Shown: positions 1-12,295, counted from the whole stretch's first letter. The stretch is 63,098 bases of DNA, filler included, from 12 parts of 12 records of this genome joined end to end with filler, not necessarily neighbours in it, one strand, 5' to 3'. Translations and numbers: made by a program. Notes: generated by a model from the letters alone, not told the origin.

Positions 1-218
1 GCCCCCCAGTTTTGGGTTGTGCGCCCTCCGCGTGCTTTAGAAGAGGCGCGGCGGGACCTTCACGTTAATAAACGCATTTAAGTGGCTGTATGCAATTCGC
101 AACCGATATATTCTATGTCGTAGACCTATATTGGACGTGTGTTGCGTATGTGTTGCGTCGATGAGCCATCGATAATAATTATGATACAATATCGATGATG
201 CGAATGTGCAGCAACAAA

Positions 219-1905
219 TCACTTTGACCGAGTAGGAAAGATCCGTCCATGTGCAGTGAACGGGATGAAAGTCGGAAGCCGAACACCTTCGACCTCCTCC
301 ATAGTGCTCGCGTTGAGCACGTGCATATAAGACACCTTTTCCTCACCATGCAGCGCAGCAAAAAAGACCCAACCATCCTCCTCGCGCTCACCAGCCCCCA
401 GAAAAGCAGGCTCGGAGGGGAACACATTGTTCCGATGCCATTTCCTCACCGTGCCTTCGCAAAGATCATATCTCACGATCGCCTGGCTGCCCATCTCCAG
501 GCCGTTGTGCCATTGTTCATTAGCATAGAAGATACAGTATTCAAGCCCATTTCTAGCGGGATTGATGACTGGAAATTCGGTGTACTGCGGGGCATGTGTG
601 ATATTGCGAATGAAATGCTGGCCTCGAAGAGGGCCTGCCATGTGCAAAACTACTCGGTAGACTTGTGCACGTGCGGTGCTTGAGTCACGGGCGGTCTTAT
701 TGCGACGATTGGCCAGGTCCTGGAGCGGGTCGGCGAACGGCAGATCTGGGTAGCTGCAGACGTCAAAGGTGATGGCGGTGGCGTTTTCGAATGTATTGAC
801 AATGTGGACGCTCCAGAGGGGTTTGTCAAGGTAGAAGAAGGTCGTACTTGAGCCATCGAGAGGCACCACCGCAATGCTTGATGCTAGAGGGTCCGAGGTG
901 AAAGGCTTGATGGCTTGGGACATGGTTCCCTTGTGCAGATCTCTCAGTCCTAGCGCCATGCTCACTGGCTGGAACACCAGCACCGCGTGCTTCTTGGTCA
1001 GTCCAAAGGCGTGAGTGTATGGCACATAGCCAGCAGGCAGTGCAATCGCCTGGAAGCTCGTGCGCTGGTGAGGGTTTGCCGCGCTGATCTTATAAAAGTG
1101 CAACTTGCCAGTACCAGCCACCGCAGGACTGGCTGTAGCAATCCCAATGAAAGTGTTCGGATCGTCGATCAATGGAACAGTGTGGGCTGCCCCCATCGCC
1201 AGCATCTGACCTGAGCATATTTACTTCAACCCGTGTATGGAAGCAGTTGGGCTCACCTAGGGGGACGTTGATGTCATCTTTATCCCAGACCCACTTTTGC
1301 ACCTGGTTGGAAGCAGATCCAGGCTGGTACTCAAGCACAACTGCGCTGTCTGTAGTGAGAAAGAATCGATCGCCGATGTTGACGGCCAGCACGTAGTCGT
1401 TATCGTTGGTTGCGCTCGGGTGGCAGAGTGGCTTCAAGAGCGGGCATTTGGGCCTTGGCGGCCTGGTGTCCTCGAACAGCAAGCCTGGCGCCACTACACC
1501 CGATGCCACTGACTGGTTGAACCAGCCGCTGCTCATCATCTCACCCGAGAGGCACACTTTCCTGTCCAGAAACGAGAACTTATACAACTGCACACACAGC
1601 GATCGGCGGTGAGCCCCGGGGCTGCGGACCTTCCCGAAGCCGTCTAGAAGCATGGAAAAATTGTAACCATTGAAGTCGAACATGCCCACCCCTTGGAGCA
1701 AATACTCGCCACGCATCGAGGCCGGGAGGTCCGGGCTATCGATGCACAGAGCGAAGGGGTCGGGGTTGCTGGTGAAGAGCAGCTCGTAGCCGATATCTGT
1801 CGGCACCGGGGTGTGCTGATGTGGTCCGTCAGCCGCTGGCCAGCCGCCGAGCACCGGCGCCGCGGTCAAGAGGGCAACAGCGGCAGCTAGCGCGGGGAGC
1901 TGCAT
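219..1905 (-). CDS. Carotenoid cleavage oxygenase / RPE65-family protein with signal peptide; introns 1588-1629 and 1211-1256
   Basis: LLDGFGK, FPVIN and FPSEPAF..EEDGWV motifs. Four Fe-ligand His candidates (AAH, YTH, SVH, TAHG). GT-AG introns join ORFs 1090..2121 and 219..1205. Hydrophobic N-terminus MQLPALAAAVALLTAAPVLGG. Confidence 0.88.
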
Positions 1906-1963
1906 CGCCGCAATCGCACCGAGAGATCGTTCAGTTCCGTTGGTGAAGAAGTTCCCCAGATCC

Positions 1964-4900
1964 ATGTCTATTACCCGAGTAGTCTGGGCTCTGGCCCAGC
2001 TAGCTGTGCTGTCGAGCAGGCTGGCGGCGGGCGAGCTGTCTGCCCGGACGGTCCCGATGCAGGCCCCGTCCACCTTCACCGGTGCCCCGCCGCCCCCGCC
2101 ACCCCCAGCCGGCTGCTGCAACCCCGCCCCTGCTCACCTGGGTTACAGGTCAGTTCAACGACCCTGAGACCTCGACCGAGCATCCGCTGCTGCGGGTGCA
2201 CGTCAACGGCACGCTGTACAACATGCCCGCGTACGAGCCCGCCGGGATCGAGCCCAACCTGGACCAGACCGGCCCAGTGTCCGGGCAGCTGGTTCACCAC
2301 GTTGACTTGGCCACCGGCGAGCCGAGCAAGGGGTGCGAGAGCGCGGCCGGGCGGTACAACTACACCGAGAAGGTGGTGCTGGTGATCCGGGGCGATTGCC
2401 ACTTTGTGGCCAAGATCCGGAACATTCAGGCCGGCGGGGCGGCGGCGGTGATTGTTTACGACAACAAGCCGGAGGGCTGGGTGCACATGGCCTGGGACAA
2501 CACGATCCAGCCGGAGGTGCCGGCGGTGTTCATCCAGTACAACGAGGCGATGCACCTGCTGCACTACATGGGCATGGACAAAAACACCACAAACGGGTTT
2601 GAAGCCACGCTGCTCCCAGACAATGAGAACAGCCTGAGGTTCAGAGTCGACACGGTGGCCGCCCTCCCGAGCAACCCGGCGGTGCAGACAGTGACCGGCA
2701 CCGTCGAGGGCCGCCGCACCGTCGAGGGGCACATGGGCACTGATTACATGAAATACTCAGTCAGTGGCACCTTTGACACTCACACTGGCCGGCTTGTGGT
2801 GCAGCCTTTCCAGTGGATCACCAAGCCAGAGGACGATGATATATCCTGGATGGGGCTGGAGGGCACCGTGCTGCCGGAGGGGCACGCCATCCAGGGCAAG
2901 ATGACCCCTTACGAGGCTTACTTCCATATGCGGCTGGCCAACCCGTCTGACTGCCCGCCCAGCGTGGCCCAAGTGGCGCAGTGCCAGACAACCGGCGAGA
3001 ACGGCTACTGTGGGCAGGGCTGCCTCGAGGTGACGGACGAGAACGGGTACCGGGTGTTCAACGACGACAACTGCGAGTTCTCCCAGCCGCTAATGCATTA
3101 CTGCTCGATCAATGCACGAATCACCGGCGCTGAGTCCGACGACAGCACCTTCTCGTGCGAGGGAGAGCGTCTGGTGCTCAAGCCGCCGCTGGTGTCGCAG
3201 GCCAACGTCTGTCCGGCTGGCCAGTCCCAGAATTATCCATTTTTCACCGAGTGGCCGGTGGCTCGCTTCTTCCAGCCCTACGATTGGGACAAGATGACGG
3301 CCGGTGCGCCGGAGCACGGGAGCTTCTCAACCTACCTGTGCCGGACGGCCGACTGCGCCAACGCCACCGACAAGGAGTACGGCAAGGGCTGGCGGATGCG
3401 CGGCGGTTATGCTGACTCTGGCCCAACCAGACTGCCCAACTCGCAGTCAGTACTCGAGTACCACGTGCCGCACGTGAAGGCAGGCGCTGAGGTGCTGTTC
3501 ACGTACATCTCCAACGGCGAGCTCGGGTACGATTACCTCGAGTTCGAGGTGTGCCTCGAGGGGCGGGGCTGCACCACAGTTGAGAACTACAAGTACGACG
3601 ACGAGGCAAGCTGGCGGCGGGTAAAGGTGCGGCTGCAACAGGACGGAGAGTACTACCTCAAGTGGAAGTACATCAAGGATCAGGCGGTGGACGGCCGGAT
3701 GGATGAGGCCCGGCTGCTCCAGGTCGCTATCACTGGGTTCGACGACGATGCAGGCTGCAGGGCGTGCCCTGCAGATCATTGCTCCACAGGCAGAATCGAT
3801 GGATGCCAGAAGTGTTCGACTGGGACTAACTCCGCAGCGGGCTCACCCACCTGCACGGCCTGCCCCGGCGACCGGCCGATGAACTCTCACTACCAGATGT
3901 CCAACGAGCTCTCAAACTCTCCAACCGGGCAGAACTGTGCTGTGTTCTGTGACCCAGGGTACCAGGAGCATGGGTTCAACCAGGCCACCCTCCAGTGCAT
4001 CCCCCGACCGGACACCTGCCTGCTGCCCAAGGAGTCCTCATACGGCGGCAAGTTCGACCCACCGAGCATGAGCATGCTCAGGCAATGCTTCCAATTGAGG
4101 CACCCGATGCGCGACTACTGCGAGGACGCGCTCGAAACGCTCGAGGTCATCAATAAGATGAAGCAGCTGGACTCGCAGGTGCCGCTGCCCCGGCTGATCT
4201 GACCATTGCTGCAGAGCGCTTCTCGTGTCAAATTCTACCAAGATATTCACGAGCTGTATGAGACGCTCGAGGCTGCCAACAAGGCGGGCGACTGCACCAC
4301 AGTGTTCAAGACCGACTACGACTTCCATCAACGGATCCTCTCCCTGCTCCGTGCGACTCCGGACTCGAGCTACATCTACACCCCGCCGCTGTTCTATCAG
4401 AACCTGTTCCTGTACCTGCCAGTCCGCTTCAGGTACACTGGCAACCGTCAATCCGGTATCACAATCTTCATTGATTCGCTCACCGAGATGAGCCGCAAGT
4501 ATGGCAACCGTGGCTGGACACCGCACGTGCCAGTGATGGATTATGAAGTAGTCAAAGTCGACGGCGTCCCTGCCGGCCAAGCGTTTACTGCATTTGCTGA
4601 CTCACAGGTCGGCTACTCGCCAAATGCAAATGCTCGACTGGAGTTGGCTGTTCGTGGCGACTACCCTCAGCTCTGGGCGTGCTCCTTTAGCACCCGCAAC
4701 CTGGGCAAGTGCGGAGGAGACATATCAGATACTATGAAGCTGACGATCCGGAAAGATGGGAGCAGCCCGGAAATGGATGTGGTGTTCAAGTGGACTGTGA
4801 TGTACTTTGGAGAGGACTGCGACACTGCTGCTCCGTTGCACGAGACTGAGATGGATTCTGGGTCGTGCTCATACCACGAGCCTCACGACTGGCTCAACTG

Positions 4901-6614
4901 TGAAGGCTACAGCCATGCTCGTGGACGCGAGAAGAGCCATCAGGCAATCGCGGACGACGACTGGTGGATGGAGGACGTGAAGGAGGAGCTGCACAAGAGC
5001 TATTTCGACCACAAAGATCTGATGGACACGTCGGAGCTTTCGACCACTGCACACACCACTCACGAGATGAATGGGATGAGTCTCACTGTGCTCGATTCAT
5101 ACGAACACCTGGCAGCCTATGCCCATGTTGCCGACGACGACGCTGGCACCAAGACTGCTGTGATGCGAGTGGCTAGCTTCCATGGAGAAGCGAAGGAGAT
5201 GCATGCTGTTGTGATGGAGATTGCAGCGTTGGATGCCAACCGGTTGGTGATTGACTTGCGCACCAACGGCGGTGGGCACGCATGCCACGCCCTCAATCTG
5301 GCCTATCTGATCTCGAACAAATACGCCTCCCCAACCAGCCCTTCTGTCTCATTCGACTTTAAAAAGTCCGAAATGATGCAGCTGTTGGCCCTGAACCAGT
5401 CCTTCTTTGCCTCAGCTCACCCTGAGTTTCAATTGGATCCCCAGAACTTCCTCGACCCGACCACCACTCCTGGCACCCCGTTTGAGGACTCCAGCTGGTA
5501 TGGAGACGGCGTGGACGGCTTCACTGACCCTGTCTCGATCAACTGTGAGCGGTATTCGTCGCTGCTGGAATATTACGAGGATGACAAGAAGATGCACACT
5601 CGCAAGCTGCTCAATTTCGACCCGAGCAGAATTCAAGTGATCGTGGACGCCCAGTGCTACGGCGCGTGTGCGGTCTTTGCGATGCTTACAAAGCTCGATG
5701 GGTTCGGTACTCTGGTCGGTGTAGGCATCGACGAAGTAGGAGAAGCCCCGACGGTCATCGGGTCCGACTTGGATGGCCTGTTTTGCCAAAAGGAGGCCAT
5801 GAAGATCGAGGAGGACAAGTACCCAGAGGACCTCTTGTTCGAGTTCATGCCCAGCAGAGGCCAGAACCTGGTGATCCCTCTAAGCAGATCAGTAAGTGGC
5901 ACTACTCGTCGCTCCGACCGCCGGGCTGCTCCCCGGGCGACTGTCGACTTCATGTTGGATAGCGGCATCGCACGGAATGACTACGCTGAGGGCAAATGGT
6001 ACTCTGGCATGCCCTTGTACTGCGAAGCCATCAGGCACTTCAGCAAATCCACCTCCAAATACAAGCCACAATGCCCCCACTGCACCGAAAAGGAGTGCAG
6101 CGATGCTGCCAAGAGAGGCTTTGGGGTTGGCTGGGCCTTCTTCTTTATCATCCTTGGGATGCTGATCATTCCGTGTTTTGGTGGGATTGCCTATTTCTTC
6201 TATCAGCACGGCTGCTCGAAGGATACCTTCCTCGGAATACTCGACGGCGCTGGCAGCTGCTTTGGCCATATCGCCAACCTTTGCTCACGGGGCTATTACT
6301 ACTGTAAGTCACTGTGTTTCCGGCCTGGAGGTCGGTACGGCACTCTGTCGTCAGACGAGTCCGCTGAGGGCGGATCGCAGCCATGCTGCCACGGGGGCTT
6401 CGACTGGCGGTCTTGGGTGCCTGGCATGCGCGGCTCGGCCCTGGAGGACCAGTACAGCGGACTCCAGGTCGACCCCGTGCAGAGCGAGCTCATGCCAGCA
6501 GGGACCGGCATTCCGCCGCCGATGAATGTGCAGCCTACTAGTGGGCCTGCCCAGCTCGAGATTGAGAGCAACCTGGACAGCTACGCTCAGGTGCGCTCTG
6601 ATCGCTGTGGCTAG
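1964..6614 (+). CDS. Large type I membrane protein: signal peptide, PA domain, Cys-rich region, S41-peptidase-like domain, TM, cytoplasmic tail; introns 2082-2148 and 4179-4214
   Basis: PA motif KVVLVIRGDCHFVAKIRNIQAGGAAAVIVYDN. S41-type LVIDLRTNGGG. TM GVGWAFFFIILGMLIIPCFGGIAYFF. A 36-nt GT-AG intron removes the TGA at 4200. Confidence 0.75.
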
Positions 6615-6983
6615 CGTCTTGATTGCGCGTGTGTAGGTGAATGAAGAAGATCCCATGAAACGAGACCCCTGAGTACGCATTGAATTATCCATATCAAGAT
6701 TTGATCTGGCTCGTTGCGTGTTCATGAATTTCATGGAGTTTTGCATAGTTACATAGAATTTCTGCTTTACATTAGCTTTAGATAAAGATCTATGATTGAG
6801 TGGACAGCCACAATTGTTACTAGTTATTACGATTTAATTGCGTACGAATAATTATGCACGTGCACTAATCAGTATACGAGTACGTCGGTACCATGAAATT
6901 GCGTCTGAGCACAACCAACTTCAGTGACAACTAATTGCAAGGGTCGCAATATCCCATCTATATTAATTGTTGTTGATGCAGGG

Positions 6984-7577
6984 TCACCGCAACGGCTGCT
7001 GCTCGCCTGCCTCACCCGCCTTCCGTGCCTTCAACTTATCACCTGCCTCCTTCCGGAGTCTCTTCCGCTCTTTTTGCTTCTCTCGTTCAATCGCTCGCTG
7101 CCGCTTGCTCTCTCGCTTCCTCTCAACTGGATCGTAGGGTAGCCTGTTAGCATCCGCGAGAGCCGCCAGATCTGGCCGGTGCTGCGCTAGTCTCTCATAC
7201 CATCGGCGCGAGAGCTTTGGTCGGCCCTTCTGGGTCTTTACCCAAGACTCGACAAAGTTCGCCGACGAGGTGAAGTTCTGTGTGACAGCTATTGTGAAGT
7301 CCAGATTGAGCACGGCGTGCCACCACTTGGGCGGGACGAAGATGGTCTCCCCAGACTGCTGCACCCCCTCCAGCAGCACTGGCTCGGCCGAATGCGGCCC
7401 GTACTTGGCTCGCAGCCTTGGCAGCACTCTGTCGAACCACTCTATAGCCTCCAGGTTGCGGCACCCGACCGGCTGCACCTCATCCTTCGGAATGTGCGGC
7501 GGGAGCACCGCCCAGCGCTTCCGTCCAGCGATCAGCGCGTTCCATGCACTGGTGGCCAGAGGGTCGGTGTGCACATT
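6984..7577 (-). CDS. JMJD6: JmjC-domain protein JMJD6/PSR, 3' part (5' lost at contig edge)
   Basis: HTDPLATSAWNALIAGRKRW and GETIFVPPKWWHAVLNLDFTIAVTQNF match the JMJD6 JmjC domain; basic C-terminal tail. Confidence 0.85.
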   Translation of the reverse strand, partial: NVHTDPLATSAWNALIAGRKRWAVLPPHIPKDEVQPVGCRNLEAIEWFDRVLPRLRAKYGPHSAEPVLLEGVQQSGETIFVPPKWWHAVLNLDFTIAVTQNFTSSANFVESWVKTQKGRPKLSRRWYERLAQHRPDLAALADANRLPYDPVERKRESKRQRAIEREKQKERKRLRKEAGDKLKARKAGEAGEQQPLR

Positions 7578-7677
7578 NNNNNNNNNNNNNNNNNNNNNNN
7601 NNNNNNNNNNNNNNNNNNNNNTTAATTAATTAANNNNNNNNNNNNNNNNNNNNNNNNNNNNNNNNNNNNNNNNNNNN
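7578..7677. other. Artificial contig linker N44-TTAATTAATTAA-N44 (also 17580-17679, 23997-24096, 28845-28944, 32801-32900, 39300-39399, 44531-44630, 49184-49283, 53152-53251, 56566-56665, 59939-60038)
   Basis: Identical 100-nt spacer with stops in all six frames, present 11 times; genes are truncated at it. Confidence 0.98.
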
Positions 7678-7758
7678 GCCATCCCAGACATTTTAACGAT
7701 TTTCCCCCCCCTAGATCATGGACGTACGTATTAATTCTTGAATTATCATAGTAGTCAA

Positions 7759-7797
7759 TTCATCCATTCATCCATTCATACATTCATACATTCATAA
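7759..7797. repeat. Simple tandem repeat (CATTCATC/CATTCATA)n in 3' region
   Basis: ttcatccattcatccattcatacattcatacattcata read directly. Confidence 0.8.
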
Positions 7798-7808
7798 TCC
7801 ATAGCGCG

Positions 7809-9262
7809 TCACCGCGTCGGCATCCCGAAGCCTTCCATCCGGTGAATCCAATGCATTACCTTCAAATACGCCGGCGCCCAGCTCCCGAACGTCTTTTCAA
7901 CCCCTATCCAGGGCGTGCTCGAGTTGTAATACTCTTGCACCGGCCGCTTATCACGCAGCACATTTCGAAACCGGTCGGCGTTCCACTCGCCCTTTTTCTG
8001 GTTTGGCTCCATCCGAGCCAGTAGCCGCTCCATGAGTGGCACCAGCCCAGAGACGAGCTCCGCCGGCTGGTCAGATTTGCTCAGAATGTACGTTGCCAGG
8101 TCGTCCGCATCCTTCACTGCCAAGTTGCCGCCCGATCCACTCGTGGGCGACATGGCGTGCAGCGCATCACCGATGCAGACCAGCGGCAGCGCTGCGTCGC
8201 TGTTCACTCGGGCGTTGAAAGGAAACTGCACCGCACCGATCGATCACGAGCCAGCCCCTGACACACCTGGTGCAAATCCCAGATCTGGATCGGTTCCAGG
8301 CAGCGGACGAGATCGTGATACATCAGGGGCCAGTCTTTTATCTGCTCGAGCAAAAAGTCCACCACCCGCCTGCGCGCCACATCAACCGGCCGGGCAAGCC
8401 GTCACCGATGCGCCTCTGGGTGCTCCGCGCTAGAAATGTTGGAATACGGAACATCGCCTAGCGACAGCTCTTTGGCAAGCTGCCCGCGTTCCTCTCTCAT
8501 GAAAAAGCTCTGCAACTTGGCTCTATTATCGCTCATCGACGAGCCGTACCGCTGTACAAGCAGATCAAAACCGCCTTGTCGGTCGGCTCTGTCTCCGACA
8601 ACCTCCAGAGTGCCCTCTCCGAGCATCCGAACAAGCTCCGGATCGAGCTCGCCCTCCGGGTCCGGCACAATCCCGTTGATCATAGTCAGGCCGTTGTAGT
8701 GCTGCCGGGTCCCCTCGGGCTCCACCATCCGGAGCCGCCGCAACGGACTGCTCACTCCAGACGCGTCCACCACCAGGTCGAAGCAACCCAGCGTCTCGCC
8801 GTCCGCCCCCATCAGCACGGCCCCGTCCGGTCCGGCTTCCATCCCGGCCACCTTGGCCCCGAAGTGGACCTGGGCCCTATCGCCCATCGCTTCCAGCAGC
8901 CCCTCGCGCATGGCGTGCCGGTTGCTCTCAGGCTGGGCGCTGTCCCCGAGTCGCTTCACAATCTCCGGCATGGTGACCATCGCGACTGGGTCTGTATCTC
9001 CCACCCGGAATATCCGCCAGGTGTCACTCCCTTGACGCACGATGCTCCGCCAGTCCAGCCCGGCCCGCCCAAAGGTCTGCTTGGCCTCGGGGCTGATATC
9101 CCAACCGGCGCCCTGATCCCGCGACCGCGGATCGCGCTCAAACACCTGCACGCCGAAGCGCTGGCTTCCGTCCGCTGCCGTCGCCCGCGAAAGGATGCCC
9201 GCCAGGCACAGCCCGGCCGGGCCAGCCCCATTGATGCCCACCCGCAGCACCCGAATGGCCGT
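7809..9262 (-). CDS. FAD-dependent monooxygenase (TetX/salicylate hydroxylase-like), two short introns; start apparently non-AUG
   Basis: VGINGAGPAGL Rossmann motif, DLVVDASG, IGDALHAMSPTSGSGGNLAVKDA. GT-AG introns near 8370-8405 and 8225-8265 restore the frame. Confidence 0.85.
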
Positions 9263-9293
9263 TTCCTGCCGTTTTATCCAACTGCCTGGAGCA

Positions 9294-11153
9294 ATGCGGA
9301 TCCCGGGCACGACAGCGGCCCTGCTGGGCGCCTTGGCAGCGGCAGCGCAGGCGGTGGAGACGCACACCTACCTGTACCAGGGCTCGGCTCAGATGCGGAG
9401 CAACCCGGAGCGCGGCTTCCGGCACGAGCTGCACCCCGACGAGAACGGGACTCTGTCCGAGCTCCAGCTGGGGCAGCTCCGGCAGTACAACCTCACCGTC
9501 GGCCAGACCTACTGGTACCTGCCGGCCGACCCAGTGCTCCCGAACCGGACCCTAGATGGAGTGGTTAAGACGCTCAGCACGCTGCGCCGAGCGGGGGTGA
9601 AGGCGCTCTTTCGGTTTGCGTACGACCGATGCCCCGACGGCTCGACAGGAGAGATGAACTACACCGCTGACACGATCCTCGGGCACATCAGTCAGCTGGC
9701 AGGCCGGTTCCAGGCCGAGATAGACGCGGTGTACGTGCTGCAAGCCGGTTTCGTTGGCTGTTGGGGCGAGTGGCACGGCAGCAAGAACCTGCCAGACCCG
9801 TTCGGCCCAGTGCGGCCGGCAGTGCAGCGGGTGCTGCACGCCGAGCTGTTCGAGCTGCTGCCCCCCGACCGCAAGGTCAACCTGCGGTATCCTGCGCTCA
9901 AGTTTGACGTGGTGCTTCGTCGAGACTGCCCGCAGATCGACCCGAGCACCGCCAACGGGCACCGATCCAACCTGCAGTGCGGTGGGTTCAACACCAGCGC
10001 ACCAGACGGAACCTTGCCGCCGCCAGACTCAGCGATGGCGTTCGGAGTGGCCAATGCGGCCAACTTCAAGCAGAACACTGCGGTAGCAAGGCTCGGGTTT
10101 GATAACGATGCGTTCATGTGTGACAACTTCGGGAGCGGCACCTGGGTGGGTGGAGCGCAGCACGATGGCGACGTACCCCGCACTTCGCGGATTGACCCAC
10201 GGACGCACCAATCCGACCCTCGAGACGGGCCCAATGGACAGGTGCCCGCCAGGGCATCTTATGGCGACCCACTGTTCAACTCAGCTCACGGGCCGATGCT
10301 CGACCCAGGCTTTCTCTATGAGAAGGCAGAGAGCCCCTATGTCCCGATGGACAACGAGATGGGCTGGAATGTCGGGCTGGTGCCGTATCCACAGAACGTC
10401 AACGGCAGCTGGCCGCTTAAGGTGCCGGCGGAGGTGGCTGCGTGGAGGCTGAGGGAGATGCACTACAGCACCATGAGCCTGATGCATGGCTACAGCCATC
10501 TGGATGGCAACGGGCGCGGCAAGCTGCCGCATCCGAACAATAATGAGACCATTGACTCTTGGATGCAGACGCCGCTGAACGTGACACAGGCGAGCCGAGA
10601 CTTCCGACTGCCGATTTCACCAGAGTATGCAGAGGCCAATAGATCCGGTTATGAGTACATCAGAGATCACCTTGGGTACCGTCTCGAGCTTCGGAAGGCT
10701 GTGCTCCCGCAGAAGATTGCCACGGTGCAACTTGCAGATGTCACCTTTGTATTTGAGGCTGCACTTGTCAACTGGGGGTTCGCTGCACCTATCAGCCCGC
10801 GGCCGGTGCAGCTCGTGCTGCTCGGAGCAAATGAATCCATCGTGTGGAAATCAGCAAGCCTGGCCGATCCTCGCGACTGGCAGCCGTACGTTCCCGGGGA
10901 TCCAACCTTCCTGCCCCTGCTGCACCGATTGAGCGAATCCATGTCGATCCCTGCCAGCGCACTGCGGTGTCCTGGCGGCGCCATGTCATGCACACTGCGT
11001 TTTGGGCTGTTCCTGCCAGACATGCGGATGGCGAAGGCAGCAGTCGAGGGACCAGATGGAGGCTCAGCTTATTGTATCCGACTGGCCAACGAAATACCAT
11101 GGGTCGGTGGCGTAAATGTCTTGAGCGAGGTTGCTATCGAAAGCATGTCATGA
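9294..11153 (+). CDS. Secreted DUF4874/DUF4832-like (putative glycoside hydrolase fold) protein, intronless
   Basis: Signal peptide MRIPGTTAALLGALAAAAQA; NPERGF, FRFAY, QAGFVGCWGEWH, YIRDHLGYRL and NWGFAAPI motifs. Confidence 0.72.
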   Translation: MRIPGTTAALLGALAAAAQAVETHTYLYQGSAQMRSNPERGFRHELHPDENGTLSELQLGQLRQYNLTVGQTYWYLPADPVLPNRTLDGVVKTLSTLRRAGVKALFRFAYDRCPDGSTGEMNYTADTILGHISQLAGRFQAEIDAVYVLQAGFVGCWGEWHGSKNLPDPFGPVRPAVQRVLHAELFELLPPDRKVNLRYPALKFDVVLRRDCPQIDPSTANGHRSNLQCGGFNTSAPDGTLPPPDSAMAFGVANAANFKQNTAVARLGFDNDAFMCDNFGSGTWVGGAQHDGDVPRTSRIDPRTHQSDPRDGPNGQVPARASYGDPLFNSAHGPMLDPGFLYEKAESPYVPMDNEMGWNVGLVPYPQNVNGSWPLKVPAEVAAWRLREMHYSTMSLMHGYSHLDGNGRGKLPHPNNNETIDSWMQTPLNVTQASRDFRLPISPEYAEANRSGYEYIRDHLGYRLELRKAVLPQKIATVQLADVTFVFEAALVNWGFAAPISPRPVQLVLLGANESIVWKSASLADPRDWQPYVPGDPTFLPLLHRLSESMSIPASALRCPGGAMSCTLRFGLFLPDMRMAKAAVEGPDGGSAYCIRLANEIPWVGGVNVLSEVAIESMS

Positions 11154-11390
11154 TCACGCGTACACAGAAGGCAGTGTTCTCCAGTTAACTAAAGTAGTCT
11201 TTTAATGACAGACTTAAGTGTGGTAAGAGTCTTACAAATTTGTATTTCATTACCGGTAATATTATTAATTTTAGTCTTATTAATAAACTGCATTGACCAC
11301 CCAACGGCAAAGCTCGCTTTGTTTTTGGTAAGTCCGAATTTCATGCGGGTTGCTGCCGGGGGGCTGCGTGCGTAGTTGGGCCTCGGCGCG

Positions 11391-12295
11391 ATGGGCAACT
11401 GGTGCTCGCGAATGTGCTCGTGCAACTGCTGCGGCGTCCAAGGGCACCACGACCTCACCGCCTGCAAGCGGGACGTCAGTAACCTCAAGGTCCAGCTCCG
11501 CGACGTGATCGACGCCGAGCTCAAGCACGTCAAGGCTCCCCGCCGGCCGGCCCCACCCGAGCGGCGGCCAGGAGAGCGAGGAGCTGACCAAGTTGGTCAA
11601 GGGATTCTCCGGGCTGGTGGACCCAGGCCACTCGTACAAGCCGGGCTCGCTGAGCTACGCTGTGACGAGCTACATGGACGACATCGATAAAGTCAGCGAG
11701 GACCGCAAGCGCCGGGTGCGCCAGCCGGAGGCCGGGGGGCTGAGTGGGCGGGGCAGTTGGATATGAGCAGGCGCGAGGTCGGGGCCGGGTGTCGGGGCGG
11801 GGGCGAGGGGGCCTCCAGGTGGATCGGCGGCTGAATCGTGTGCGGGACGCCTGCCAAGACGTAGAGGTGCGACGGGCTGAGCCAACGGGGGCGAGGGCCG
11901 GGCAGGCGGGCCAGATGAACATGAAGGAGTTTGACGAGCTGCGAATGCTCGTGATGAAGGCAACAGCCGGGTGTGCCGGGGGTAAGAGCGGGAATGCAGG
12001 ACCTGATGCTCTTCCTGGCGCATCGAGATATGGTGCTGCACGCCGACGGGCTCACCCGGCTCACAAGGACGTTCGATAAAGTGATGAATGTGCGCATATC
12101 CGAGGAGGTGCCGAGGGGCTGCACCGGCTGGCTGAGTGGGACTCGCAGGAGATCATAGCGCTTACGATTGAGGATCAGCGCAGGCAGGTGCGATCGACGT
12201 TGCCCGGCGACACGCTGGGGCTAACGGGCACCCATCCCGGCTACTCTACCCATCCGGCGATGCAGCCGCTGCCGCCAGTACCGCAGCACCCGTGA
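11391..12295 (+). CDS. Multi-exon hypothetical protein with predicted N-myristoylation/palmitoylation (MGNWCSRMCSCNCC)
   Basis: Short ORF pieces joinable by ~40-nt GT-AG and GC-AG introns (e.g. 11960-11999); Gly2 plus Cys cluster. Confidence 0.55.

Noticed and set aside
4200-4205. In-frame TGA between two long ORFs as readthrough, selenocysteine or an alternative genetic code
   Set aside because: It lies inside a 36-nt GT-AG intron (4179-4214) with a CTGAC branch-like site; TGA, TAA and TAG all end genes normally elsewhere.
7578-7677. Repeated palindromic TTAATTAATTAA flanked by Ns as a biological repeat or CRISPR-like array
   Set aside because: Fixed 100-nt all-frame-stop linker used to concatenate contigs.
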